A stretch of DNA of 63,909 bases, counting the filler, from Octopus bimaculoides (Eukaryota): NCBI RefSeq assembly GCF_001194135.2. It is 4 parts of 4 records of this genome, joined end to end, with 100 filler letters (N's around TTAATTAATTAA, not from the genome) between each part and the next. Parts side by side here need not be neighbours in the genome. Positions count along the whole stretch, not along the records: positions 1 to 30,528 come from NC_068988.1; 3 more parts are not named here. One strand, written 5' to 3'. Positions 1-13,545 of this stretch are shown here, one piece after another. The position numbers and the translations under genes are program-made. The notes under the pieces were generated by a model that saw only the letters and a list, made by a program, of their open reading frames with translations, was not told the origin of the DNA and ran no database searches. Position 1 is the stretch's first letter. Every line of letters starts with the position of its first letter.

Positions 1-2253
1 ATATATATATATATATATATATACATGACACTAAACAAGATTTGTTTACACACAATGATTCACATCATTCAGCTTAGGAATCGGATTCAAAAGCGAAGTA
101 AATATATATTCATACATACATATATGTGTGTGCGTGTGTTTGTACATAGGTACATATTTTGAAGTTTAGTGTAGATGTAACTACATGCGTTTCGATTTCT
201 TGTTTGATTTAGAATTACATTCCTTCATACAATCATTGACACTTTAAGATCTCGCATAATAAATAATATCATAGGACGAGATGAACGGTAGTTGCTTATG
301 TAGAAATGAAGTCAAAGTATCTTTGATGGACTTTTTTATGAATGCATTATGATCCATCTTGCCGACGTCAACCCTGCATTGTTACCTCTTACGAGACTGA
401 CACTATATTTCCGAGCATTTGATTGTCGTCTAGAAGATTTTTTCTCTACCGCCAACAACTGGTTTTATATCTGACCTGTTGTTGATTTTTATTCGTAGTT
501 AGATAACTACAGTAATTTTGATACTCTTACAGATACGGATTAAGTTTTTTGATACGCATACATGTTGTTGTGATATGTTCTGATCATAATTTTTAATGTT
601 TCGTGACTAGAAAATGATGCTCTCATTCAACGTCGACTTGAAAATATCTAAATGCTCGTTTTTAGAGTCACAATCAAATGTTTATATAAGTGATATCGCT
701 GAAAAAGAGCATAATTTATGTTGTTCTATACATAATCAATGGCAAGCGTAAAAGAATAGAATTTTAATTCATATAACATTTATAAATGACGCAAGGTAAA
801 GGCAAACTTGGAGTGCAAATAAGTTTTTTATTGAACTTGTTTAGAGATAACATTTCTATCCCTGAGTATGGTCCAATGTTTACTACACAATAGCAATGAA
901 CAGATTTGATAAGCAAGAGTGACACCATTAATAGCAAGGTGGTATATTTGGCATGTACCCGTATATAAGTATGCGTGTGTATGTATTCATGTATTTATAA
1001 AGGCGCTGACTTGGCTGAGTGTCAAGAAGTTTGCTCTCCAACCAAAGGTTCCCGGTTTAGTCCTATTTCGTGGATCCCTGTGCAGTTGTTTCTACTTTGG
1101 CTTATATCTTTGATACAACTAATGCCTCGCAATATAACGAGAATTTATCAATCACAACAATTGTTTCGTCACATCAAGCATCGATCCCTCATCCAGTTGT
1201 TGATTCCCCCACTGAAATGTGTATATAAATACAAATGAGATACTTTTCGAATGCAAAAATGCCGTTAGAACAACATGATATTTGAGTGAATTGCACTTAC
1301 AAAGCAGAAAAATAGTAAAGCACTTGGTGAAAGTCTTCAAGTGTTATGGGATCGATTTACAAAGCTGGTGGTTGACCATTTCTCCCACTTTCTAAGGGTA
1401 ATTATCTCAATTATTCTGATGTTCGAATATATATATATATATAAAGGATGTGTTATAATACCATTCCAGAGCCATACCAACAATCTACCATGCCTCCATC
1501 ATCAGCTGCCCGACGGATATCATTATGGTTTCGACACCTGGGCAATAACAGCAATAAAATAAGTGTAGTTTGGGAACAAACCAAAGAAACCACAGCTTAA
1601 AATATATTTACTGAATGTGTGTGCGTATATATATATATATATATATATNNNNNNNNNNNNNNNNNNNNNNNNNNNNNNNNNNNNNNNNNNNNNNNNNNNN
1701 NNNNNNNNNNNNNNNNNNNNNNNNNNNNNNNNNNNNNNNNNNNNNNNNNNNNNNNNNNNNNNNNNNNNNNNNNNNNNNNNNNNNNNNNNNNNNNNNNNNN
1801 NNNNNNNNNNNNNNNNNNNNNNNNNNNNNNNNNNNNNNNNNNNNNNNNNNNNNNNNNNNNNNNNNNNNNNNNNNNNNNNNNNNNNNNNNNNNNNNNNNNN
1901 NNNNNNNNNNNNNNNNNNNNNNNNNNNNNNNNNNNNNNNNNNNNNNNNNNNNNNNNTGATAATGGTTTCCAAGTTATGTCTGAGCGCAGAAAGCCTAATA
2001 CCACACCGCGCCCACAATCATTTCCAAAATGCAATAGATTTCATAATGTAATACTTCTGAAAGTTATTAGCAATAAAAGAAATTTTAAATATAAATCGAC
2101 ATAGCATCACAATTTATGAGAATTATTTGTTTTTGTTTTCTGTCCTATTTCTAATTATTGTAATGTGTCATATTTTATTTCTTACTTATTTACAATGCGG
2201 CAGATGGCAAATCCACCATTACCACAGTTCTTGTGGAAATTAATGGAATTATA

Positions 2254-3460
2254 CAGAGTGGGGCAGAGAGGACAGACGTGTTTGAAAAATTCACAAAATC
2301 ATTAATTTTAGCTGCAAACAAATGATATTGACATCAATGTGTTCGTATTGAATTAACATTTGTCAAAATCATTTATTGAAAATAACATCCATCATGTGGT
2401 ATCCGTTTTCATTGACGCATTTCTGAAGTCGTTCTTGGAAGTTGGCCTACACCTTCTCCATCATTACTCTGTCGATTTGGGCGGAATCCACGCGAATAGC
2501 TTCCTTCAAATCGGCCAGTTAATGGGGCTTATGCACATACACACGTGCCTTGAAGTTTCCCCACAAGAAATAATCAAACATAGACAAATCAGGGGACTGA
2601 GACGGTCAAGTAATGACAACAAACCTGGAAATGAGGCGGTCATAGAATAGTGAGTGACGAATATCCGTTGATGCTCTGGCAATGTGAGCCTTCGCCCCAT
2701 CCTGCTGAGACGATACACTTCGAATAGGCTTGCGTTTTCGTCCTAATTGCGGCACAAATAAGCGGTCTATCATCTCGATGTAACATTCGGAGTTCACTGT
2801 AACAGCATTTCCGTTATTTTCTTTAAAAACGTAAGGACCAATGACGGTAGTTTTTCCAACAGGACACCAAACCGTCACTTAAGGGCTGTGCAATTGTCTT
2901 TGTAGCAGTTCTTTCGTATTTTCAAGGGCCCAATAACCATGGCATTGAGATGAGGTTGTCATTGGCTTGCAAATTGCTACAAACTGACGTGCAAAATTAA
3001 GCCGCTGTCCTTAGTACCATGGTTTCAACTGTTGCTAAGTTACCAATTCGTACGGTTAATACACCTTACCGATCGATGCCAAGTTAAGTGGAATTCCTCC
3101 GAGCATAGCCATTCGGAATCCGTATCAAAGCTTGTCTGACACGTTCCACATTTTCCAGGATCCGTGCCTTTCGCGGTGCCCCCGCTAGTGTACCTTGTGT
3201 ACGAAGTGCATTCACCCAACGTAAGATTGTATTACGGGAGAGAACACCCTAATTTCGGTGAATGTTGAAGTGGCGCCGTAACTCACGCTGGACTACTGTG
3301 ACAGACTCGTTATTCTTCATGTAACTGTTGTAGGCAAACACGCGATGCTCTACCGTCCACTGAAAAGAAAAATAGAATAGTAAGACACAACGGACCTGCC
3401 CTATCCCTGGGGCACAGAAATAGACATTTCAATAACGTCTGTGTTCTCTGCACCGCCCTG
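2254..3460 (-). mobile_element. Defective full-length Tc1/mariner DNA transposon, rosa/DD41D-like
   Basis: Imperfect ~26-bp TIRs (CAGAGTGGGGCAGAGAGGACAGACGT and ACGTCTGTGTTCTCTGCACCGCCCTG) with TA on both sides. The minus strand gives QWTVEHRVFAYNSYMKNNESVTVVQRELRRHFN, VTVWC..IGPY, QQDGAKAH and a decayed WP.RSPDL region. Stops, frameshifts and a deletion over the first catalytic Asp are present. Confidence 0.88.
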
Positions 3461-3523
3461 TATTAGTCACATAAATAATGTTGCATAGTGAATAGCCTCT
3501 TAGTTACCTGTCTGAGGATTCGT

Positions 3524-3555
<32 letters not shown>

Positions 3556-4562
3556 TGTGTGANNNNNNNNNNNNNNNNNNNNNNNNNNNNNNNNNNNNNN
3601 NNNNNNNNNNNNNNNNNNNNNNNNNNNNNNNNNNNNNNNNNNNNNNNNNNNNNNNNNNNNNNNNNNNNNNNNNNNNNNNNNNNNNNNNNNNNNNNNNNNN
3701 NNNNNNNNNNNNNNNNNNNNNNNNNNNNATAGATAGATAGATAGATAGATACACAGCGAGACAGATAGAGAGAGGGGAAGATTCATACACATTCATCGAT
3801 AACGCATTCATACATACGTACATCCATTCATCCATGCATACATACATTCATACATACATGATTCCATCCATCTGTCCATACATCCATACATACATATAAA
3901 CCAAACACACCCTCATACATGCATACATACTTGCGCCCATACATAAATACATACACATGCAGTATGTATAATCTAGTGAATGTATGGATTTAATTTATTT
4001 GCATCACTGCCTTTCTTCAATTCATTATTTGAAAGACGTTTTAATTAATTTTTCTATTATTTGCGCATTTACATATTTACATTTTCAGAACTTCTGTTAA
4101 ATTTATTAATTTTAATAATTTATTGAATATTTATTTAATTATATAAATGCAAAATGCATTTTACATCAGTTATAATTGAATTGTTTGTTTTATTACAATA
4201 TTTCATACATTTTCATTTTTATTTTTTTTCTCTGTATTTCATACTTTTACAATTAATATTTCAATTCCTAAATATTATTTCATAAACGTGTTTTAAACGT
4301 ATGTTATATCAAATTATTAGAAAAGTTAAAAATTATGTTCATACAAGTAATGTGTACCATTCAAAAGCATATTTTAATGACACATTTTCTTTTCTAGATA
4401 TACATATATACAGAAATATACACACAAACGTATAGGTGTGTAGGCTTGTGAATGGATTTGGTAGACGGAAACTAAATGTGGTCCTTGTTGTAAATATGCG
4501 TGTATACATATATGTGCGTGCGTGTGTGCGTGTTGAATGTGTGTGTGTGCATGTGTGTAAAG

Positions 4563-4601
<39 letters not shown>

Positions 4602-4627
4602 AGTGTGTGTGTGTGTGTGTATACGCT

Positions 4628-6920
4628 TATTTATTTCATCCGTTTCAGCCATGCAGCCGCAGACGTGCTGGAGAACCATGGCGGTTTAGCTGGTTACCTC
4701 AGTATGTTTGTGCATTTGTCTCAGCAGTTTGCTCCTGTATGTACCTTTGTCCAAGGCGCATTTGGGGTATGAGGATATTTTATTCTGCTGCCCTCGTCTG
4801 TACCTTACGCCGAGTCTCTGTTTTATTCGGTATTGTAGACGGGAGGAGATCTGCGTTTTGAATATATCCACGTCCATTTTATATAGATTCCATAACTTTG
4901 TAGCAGCGTATTGAAGAGCTTTTGGCCTTTGACCCCTATGCTGCTGCAGTACCTGGTCCGGAATTTAGATGGAGTACATGGAACCTTTGGTACAATACAA
5001 TGGCGGTCAGTTCTGGTATTTGTATAACAGAAATGTACTAGCACTTCAACAATTTCCTATATGTAAATATCTGTCTTTCCTTCGCTCCGAGGAGTAAAGT
5101 CGCAGTTTTATCAATTTCTCACTATAGCTCATCTGCTGCCCTGTTTCGGTAATTTTAGTGAAATGGCGGTAGACTGCTTCAAGCTCTGCTGTTAGTTTAG
5201 CACTAGGTTGTGACCGTAGCTGGGAACAGTAGTTCAGGAGGCTGAGAAAAAGGTCCGCCACAGGTTCAATATAAGTTCTTAGTGTCTTGTCTTGAAGGAC
5301 CTTAGTATTAATCCTATCAGTTGTTTGCATTTTGCTGCCGTCTTGGTAATGTGCATATGAAATGATTCATCATTGCATATACTGATCCCAAAGTCTTTCA
5401 CTACCAGTGACTCTGAGATTTCATTGCCTTCGAATCCTCTATATGCCGGTTGCAGTGCATTCGTGAGTTCAAGGTGCTGTGCTTGAAGTTTTCCGGTATT
5501 AAACTGCATGTTCTTTACTTAATCTTATTTGTATATTGCGCTCAGGTCTCGATGAAGGCTTGGAAAGTCATCTGAATTTTTAGTGCCTGTGATAATTTAG
5601 TATCATCGGCGTGGATAGTGGCAATGGTTGTCAGAGTGACCATGAGCACGTCTAAGAGAGCTATTATAAAGAGTAATGGCCCCAAGACAGTTCCTTGCGG
5701 GACGCTAATTACAATATGTATTTCCTCGAAAGGGCACATATGGCTTCAACTACCTGACATTTATCTCTAAGGAAGTCATACAGCCACTCTCCAAGTTTAT
5801 CAGCAATGTCAGGGACTCGCATCTTATCACATACGATGCCATGTGCTACCTTATCAAATGCCTTTACAAATTCAAGATATATACCACTGACATCCGACTG
5901 GTCAAGCAAATCTTTCAAAACCTAGTCATAGTGCTGCAAAACCTGTGTGAGGCAGCTTGTTCCTGGAAGAAAGCCATGCTGTGTATTGTTTATTAGGTCA
6001 TTTTCTACTAGGAACATTATCAGTCTCTTTCGGAAGTTTCGTTCCATGAATCTATGGATATGATATATGAAGTCAGAGAGATTGGCCTGTAACTTTTAGC
6101 CTCTGCTCTGCTCTCACATCTTTGAGGATACGGCATATGATACCTTATTTTAGCTTTTAAGGAAGTTTGCCCCTTGCAAGGACATTCTGAACACGTATCT
6201 GAAGTGTTTTCACAAAAGCCTGCTTACATAAATTCCGGAGAATAGCTGGGCAACAATCCAGACATGTTGCTGAGCTTCCGCACATTTCATCTATAGCCGC
6301 TGTTACGTCTATCTTCTCAGTGCAATCAATGGCTCCTCTCTTCTTTTGAAGGGCTGCAATATTACAGAATTCATGTGAACCTTTTATCTGCAATGTTCTA
6401 GTGAGGGCGAGGGTGAGGGCACTTTTAAATTCTTCACTAAATACCTCACTGATCCTTTCTGGGCCCACGGTCAGTATGTCATTCGGAACAAAGGTTCCGT
6501 TTAATATTGTATTGTGACTGTTTCCTGCGCAACTTACGGAAATATTTAGGGTTTGTTTTTATGCTTCCCACACCTCTGTTGTCCTCTGTCTGCTCTTTCC
6601 TTTTCATGAGAGAGTTTGATAACGTTTTCAATTTCTAGGTGTGTTCGTATTAAAACAGACTTCTCCCTATCTATCAGTCGCCTATTCAACCGGTTTGAGA
6701 ACTTCGATCTGCGTCTCATAAGGAAACTTGATTGTCAGTATCTTGACGTTTCTTTATGGGTATATTCAATACATATAGCTTGCACTGGTGACATAAACTG
6801 ACTGAGTTTAAAAACATAGAATGTTGGACCAGTTTCGTTTGTGGATCTCTTTGCGGATTGTTTCTCATTTTGATTTATTGAAATTCTGATTGGATACGGC
6901 TTGAGTATATCTCACAGAGT
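4628..6920 (-). mobile_element. 5'-truncated, decayed CR1/L2-like LINE (RT region and 3' tail)
   Basis: Minus-strand fragments GIYLEFVKAFDKVAHG, SVPQGTVLGPLLF, HADDTKL, KDFGISI and RRKDRY give RT motifs in the expected order. The 3' tail is near 4628-4680. The left boundary is clear; the right boundary is approximate. Confidence 0.85.
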
Positions 6921-7849
6921 AAATACCAGCATCTAACTTAGGACCATGCACACATATAATAATATTTATATATATATATATATATATATACACGTTTATA
7001 CTTACATATATATACATACATGTATGTGGTGGGTGTATACTGAATTAAAAAACGTGTCATCTAATACGTCTGTGATAGCTATATTGCCTTCATTATTCGT
7101 CGTTAAAGTCAAAACATCAGACCCGTTATATAGCATATATCGACCAAATATTTCCATAAACCTTTATCTTGATAGAATGTAATAGTGAAACAGTTATGCT
7201 ACTATATTTCTAAGACCTTTCTCTCTTCTTATTTATTGGATAACTTCAGTTGTTCCAAGCTTTTCAAGTTACTGCATTATACAGTCATAACCAATATTCA
7301 TGTTCCATGTAAACAATCACTTACAAAGAACCATGTTCATTGCAATTTCAATGTTCTAGTACCAACCATACATTGGAGGCAGCATATATTCCTGTACGTA
7401 GGTTTGGGATATGCTGGATGTAGCAGTTAAACCAATCAAGTCAAAGTATTCCACTTTGAGAAAGAATTGTATATTTCCAAAATAGAGGCTTCACGAAATG
7501 AGTAAAGACGTACATTGAGGAAAAGATTATGGTTTCAATGCATCATAACATAAATATGTTTGGCCTGGGCTGACAAGAGGTTGAACCTTAAGGAAAATAA
7601 TGAGAATAAGCATGTAGACTCATTTATATGTATTTCATTGATATTAACTCATACGTAGATCATTTCAGCTGTTTTCTTCTGGTAAACACTTCGTCGTGAC
7701 GTACGTTTAAAGACACATTCGTGTATATACACATATATGCATGCATACATAAATACATACATACGTATGTGTGTGAGTGTGTGTATGTGTGTGTGTGTGT
7801 ATGTATGGGTGTGTGTGTAAGTGCGTATAAATATATGCATATTAGGCGC

Positions 7850-8285
7850 AGAACTGGCTTGATTCCCAAACACATGGTTCAGTCCAACTACTGGTACCTT
7901 CGAAAGTGTCTTGTACTGTAGCTACGGGCCGATCAAAGCCTTGTCAGTGGATTTGGTGGACGGAAACTGAAAGACGCCCGAACTATATATATATATATAA
8001 ACATATGTGTGTGTGTGTGTGTGTGAGTGTGTGTGTGTGTGTATGTATGTATTTATGTGTGCATGTATGTATGTATGTATGTATGTATTTGTGTGTTTGT
8101 GATTGTCTCCGCAACATCGCTTGACAACCGATGTCGGTGTGTTTATTTATCCGTAACTTAGCGGCTGAACAAAAAACACCGATGTACTCTGCTTGCAACA
8201 AACAATGTATTGAAGGGTCGATGTGTTCGACGAAAGGCAGTGCTCCAGCATGACCACTGTCAAAATGACTGAATCAAGTAAAGGA
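7850..8285 (+). mobile_element. Octopus-type tRNA-derived SINE with internal (AT)/(GT) microsatellite
   Basis: Head ..ttcccaaacacatggttcagtcc..gatcaaagccttgtcagtggatttggtggacggaaactgaaagacgcccg, then microsatellite, then tail ..gtgctccagcatgaccactgtcaaaatgactgaatcaagtaaaagg. Further full or partial copies near 4420-4490, 31280-31345, 36235-36283, 37350-37500, 41685-41780, 47386-47550, 49985-50520, 52358-52498, 55140-55510, 57415-57560 and 58300-58420. Confidence 0.8.
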
Positions 8286-8318
8286 ATATATATATTTATA
8301 TATATATACAGGCATGTT

Positions 8319-8349
<31 letters not shown>

Positions 8350-9599
8350 AACTATATGTATGTGTATGTGTGCATATGTATGCGGGGGAAGTGTGCGTGT
8401 GTGCGTGTGCGCGTATGCTTGCATGTATGTGTATATATTCTTAAATTTGTTTTTCAATAACTTTTGGGGTTTCGTATTTCTCTGCATGAGACATCGTTAA
8501 ATTATTTATAAACTTCAACAAGATAGCAGATTTGTTTCCATTGAGATATGCTTTAGTGTTTCATTAATATTAAATACGAGATTTATTTCAAACTCTGTAA
8601 AATTGTGTTCTGCCTATCTTATTTCTAACATACGTTATTCTATTCTAATGTACTTCATATAGATCATTTGGATATCTCCACGCGTTATACGTTTAAGACG
8701 TATATATGCATGTAATAAAATTCATTATCATATAAGGCAGCAGATAAAAATGGTTATGCTTACAATAGCCGGTTCCTTTGGTCAAACTGTCGTATTTCCA
8801 GCTGCTTCAGAACTTGCATTACAATGCTACTTTTCCATCTGTTGCTATTCCAGCATTATCAATTTAAAGATAGCCCTAAAATATCATTTACAGCGTGAAC
8901 ACTTTATTATGACTAACCATAATGTAACCGCAGACATTAACATGCATATACATACCGGCACACACACACACACACACACACACACACNNNNNNNNNNNNN
9001 NNNNNNNNNNNNNNNNNNNNNNNNNNNNNNNNNNNNNNNNNNNNNNNNNNNNNNNNNNNNNNNNNNNNNNNNNNNNNNNNNNNNNNNNNNNNNNNNNNNN
9101 NNNNNNNNNNNNNNNNNNNNNNNNNNNNNNNNNNNNNNNNNNNNNNNNNNNNNNNNNNNNNNNNNNNNNNNNNNNNNNNNNNNNNNNNNNNNNNNNNNNN
9201 NNNNNNNNNNNNNNNNNNNNNNNNNNNNNNNNNNNNNNNNNNNNNNNNNNNNNNNNNNNNNNNNNNNNNNNNNNNNNNNNNNNNNNNNNNNNNNNNNNNN
9301 NNNNNNNNNNNNNNNNNNNNNNNNNNNNNNNNNNNNNNNNNNNNNNNNNNNNNNNNNNNNNNNNNNNNNNNNNNNNNNNNNNNNNNNNNNNNNNNNNNNN
9401 NNNNNNNNNNNNNNNNNNNNNNNNNNNNNNNNNNNNNNNNNNNNNNNNNNNNNNNNNNNNNNNNNNNNNNNNNNNNNNNNNNNNNNNNNNNNNNNNNNNN
9501 NNNNNNNNNNNNNNNNNNNNNNNNNNNNNNNNNNNNNNNNNATATATATATATATATATATATATACTACTTGACCTCCTTGAACGTCCGATAGATCTG

Positions 9600-9960
9600 T
9601 CATTTTAATGAATTTTATCTACCTTTCTCTGATATTATCTGAAAGCGTATTTGGGCACTTGATTTCCAAACTTCATATAATAGGTCCATATTTTCATCAT
9701 TCTCATATAGTTTTTTTGCCATAGCCTTGTCCAGAGTACAGCTGATTCCCACAACAGAACACATCTTTACCAAGTAGTCCCACACAAAATTATTTACCCG
9801 GTTGTGTCTGAATTGTTTAATTTTTCAGTTCCACCAATATTCTTATGGCACATCGGTCTCGATATGATCACCACCGACTGTGTCTTTATTCTGGTATTCT
9901 GTTTCAGGCTGTTCTGGCCACTTCATAATGCCTCATGGGAAGATAATATCTGGAAGATAT
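9600..9960 (-). mobile_element. Decayed R4/Dong-like LINE C-terminal remnant
   Basis: Minus strand reads FRHNRVNNFVWDYL...LYENDENMDLL, resembling the RHN.V..W...END..ILWD segment seen in better copies in this window. Confidence 0.4.
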
Positions 9961-12204
9961 TCTCCCGCAGTGGGCAATAGTATGCTTGATAAATTCAGAT
10001 TTGGTCCTGAACAGCCTACATTAGTCTGTTAGTAATTTCTCCCTTTATATTCTAGGTATTTATATATGTCTGTCTCTCTGCCTCTCTCTGCCTCTCTCTG
10101 CCTCTCTCTATCTCTCTTTCTTTCTCTCTTTCTCTATCTCTCTTTCTCTCTCTGTCTCTCTCTGTCTCTCTCTCTCTGTCTATGCATTTATATATGTATG
10201 TCTGTTTATAGATATATTCTTAAATACACACGTAATATCAAGTAATAAATAAATCCGACGAAAATCCGTTGCAACATCTTTGAAAGTACCATGTTTAATT
10301 TATTGTATTTTAGTAGCAAAACAAACAAACAAACAAATCTCTAAGGTATTAATTTTCGAAAATAAAGTGTTATAAAAAGCCGTACATAAGATCATGTGCA
10401 TAAACGTCACTTTCTGTCAGCGAATTACAGCATTTCATCACCCGACATATAAAAAACACATATATATATATATATCATTTTCCTTCTAAATGTGTTGTAA
10501 ATAATTCTTAGCATGAAATAGAATGAAACTACTTTCATCTGTCACTCTGTGAATAAAGATCAACTTTTAAAGTTGGGAAAATTATAAATAATAAAATCAC
10601 AAATGATGGCACAGCTTCTCTCACAACCCTCCACCATTCACACGCATTAAGAAAAAAGGAAACTATGCAACAGAGTTGACTGGACAGTATTATCAATACT
10701 ACAAACACTTATATAGACACATGATAGCATTTTGAAAAACAATAATATTCAGAAGTAAAGCATTAGTATCGTAAATAACTGCATTTGACAGAAATAAAAA
10801 AATAAACTCGTAGACACCTGGATGTGTGTGTGTGCTCACACTCCTGCATTCACATAGTTGGATAGATTACTCACAAGAACAATGATCTCTAACATTGGCA
10901 CAAAATTATTAATAGCTAACACTAGAATATAGAATGATCCATTCATTGAACACTTTAGAGAAGTGTAACGAAATGCAGACAAATCAATCAATTGAATGAT
11001 CAGATGAACTTAAACAATCCCGTGTCATTTATTGGCAGAACCACCATCCTACAAAACAAGAGAGCTGACAAAAAAAAAACCCCGACACACATTTAGATAC
11101 AAACATATGACATATGTATGTATATACATATATATCTACATATATATATATATATATATATANNNNNNNNNNNNNNNNNNNNNNNNNNNNNNNNNNNNNN
11201 NNNNNNNNNNNNNNNNNNNNNNNNNNNNNNNNNNNNNNNNNNNNNNNNNNNNNNNNNNNNNNNNNNNNNNNNNNNNNNNNNNNNNNNNNNNNNNNNNNNN
11301 NNNNNNNNNNNNNNNNNNNNNNNNNNNNNNNNNNNNNNNNNNNNNNNNNNNNNNNNNNNNNNNNNNNNNNNNNNNNNNNNNNNNNNNNNNNNNNNNNNNN
11401 NNNNNNNNNNNNNNNNNNNNNNNNNNNNNNNNNNNGTGGGATATAGAATATGGAATATATAATATATAATATAAAAAAAGATGGATGGTACAATGAAATG
11501 AAGTATTGAATGTCTTATTGAATATATGGAATATGTCTTATTGAATATATGAAATATTGAGTGTTCAATATAAAGGATTAAATATATAAATATATAAAGG
11601 CGAATACGTATTTTCTATACCTTGTGGTATTTCATCATGGCCGGTATGACAGATTGTAACAGACTGTAATAGACTGGCTGGTTTTCTGTCTTTTAAACCT
11701 ATTCCTTTGGACAGCAGCAGTATGTGTTTGGCTATTTTTAGAGTTGATGCCAAGTTTATTTTTAGAAATTATAGATTTTTTGTGTTTTGGTTATAAGGAT
11801 AAGATTTTTAAACCCCAGTAGGTGTTTGGCTATCTTTAGAAATGATGATATTTATTGGTGGGTTTTGAGCTAATAACATCTGGAGCAGGATCATATGCTG
11901 CAATGCTGCACTGTATATTATATATGTATTGATATTCACTGTGCCACCTCTGTTAATTGGGAGATATTGAAATTGAAATTTGTGTAAGAATGAAAGCACT
12001 TCCTACGTGAATACGGATCAATATTAGTTTGAATTTAATATCTTATGACTGAAATGAAATAAACTACTTTCTGTTACCGTTCAGTATAAGATTGTCAGTA
12101 ATGCGTATGCATGTATATATACGAGTGTGTAGACAAACGAAAGAAGGGCACATTTGTGGATCAAATCAGTTTGACTTAAACTCCATCTAGCATCATGCTT
12201 GAAA

Positions 12205-12246
<42 letters not shown>

Positions 12247-13309
12247 TAGAACATTTTCTCAAACGATGAGAATTACCTGTTGAAACAAATTTAAAAGCCG
12301 GATCGCGACCTATAGCTCCAACGGAAAATCGAATAATATACCATGAAAATTTCGGCTGAACGCTCTGTATCATTCAGTTAATCGAACCATGACAACAGGC
12401 ATCGTCTTTTATAACTCTAAGTAATACCTTTTCAAAATGTATGATCATTCTGATTTTCTCAAAGGTGTTCTAANNNNNNNNNNNNNNNNNNNNNNNNNNN
12501 NNNNNNNNNNNNNNNNNNNNNNNNNNNNNNNNNNNNNNNNNNNNNNNNNNNNNNNNNNNNNNNNNNNNNNNNNNNNNNNNNNNNNNNNNNNNNNNNNNNN
12601 NNNNNNNNNNNNNNNNNNNNNNNNNNNNNNNNNNNNNNNNNNNNNNNNNNNNNNNNNNNNNNNNNNNNNNNNNNNNNNNNNNNNNNNNNNNNNNNNNNNN
12701 NNNNNNNNNNNNNNNNNNNNNNNNNNNNNNNNNNNNNNNNNNNNNNNNNNNATATATATATAAATATATATATATATATGTATATATATCCAACCACTCG
12801 ACGCTTCAGTGTTTTCTAATTAAAATGTTCTAACATTTCAAGAAGCTATTAGGACACAGTTACAGAGGTTTATATGCCCTAATATTAGATTGTGTTCTAT
12901 AGCCATTCTTATGCGGAAGTGCGAAGTGTGTGTTCGTTTCACACTCACAATAGTGACCCCGAACCCATAAGTGGGTTTATATTGGATAATATCATTTTTT
13001 CTACTATAGTCAATATACAGGGTAAGCTTAAAATACTATTTAGTAAAGTATTATTGATGACTTAGCTATTTGCCAATGTGCATACTTAATTTTTTCGGTC
13101 GTTTAATGTCCCAGCTTTATTATTTTATTTTATGTGCGTAGTCTACTGCATTAGAGCATTTTAGCACTTTTTTCTAGAATTGCAGGTGTTTCCAACACTC
13201 TAGTCACATTTAGTACCAATTATAATTCTCCCTTTTGGTGAAGCATTGCAAATTACTGTGTATAGTAATTATATATATATTTTTTTCAGCAGCAATGCGT
13301 ACACTAAAG

Positions 13310-13545
13310 CTATATGTTGGGTAATTTAACCCATAAGTTGTCGGTTTTTGCAGTTCTGTCGTTCCACATTAATATCGTTGGTCATTGAAAAAGTAACGCC
13401 CTACATAGCTTGCCAACAGTGTCATTCACCCAATACAATAAAACTTTTTTATGGTTTCGAATCCGAAACATCTACTTATGAAATCATTGCGGAAGCGGAG
13501 ATGGTGCGTCATAAACATCAGAGAAGTCTGCTTCGCCTATTTTTC
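13310..13545 (+). mobile_element. Possible mariner 5'-end remnant
   Basis: TIR-like tatgttgggtaatttaacccataagttgtcggtttttg, followed by MVRHKHQRSLLRLFFRE, which weakly resembles mariner N-termini. No second TIR was found. Confidence 0.3.
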
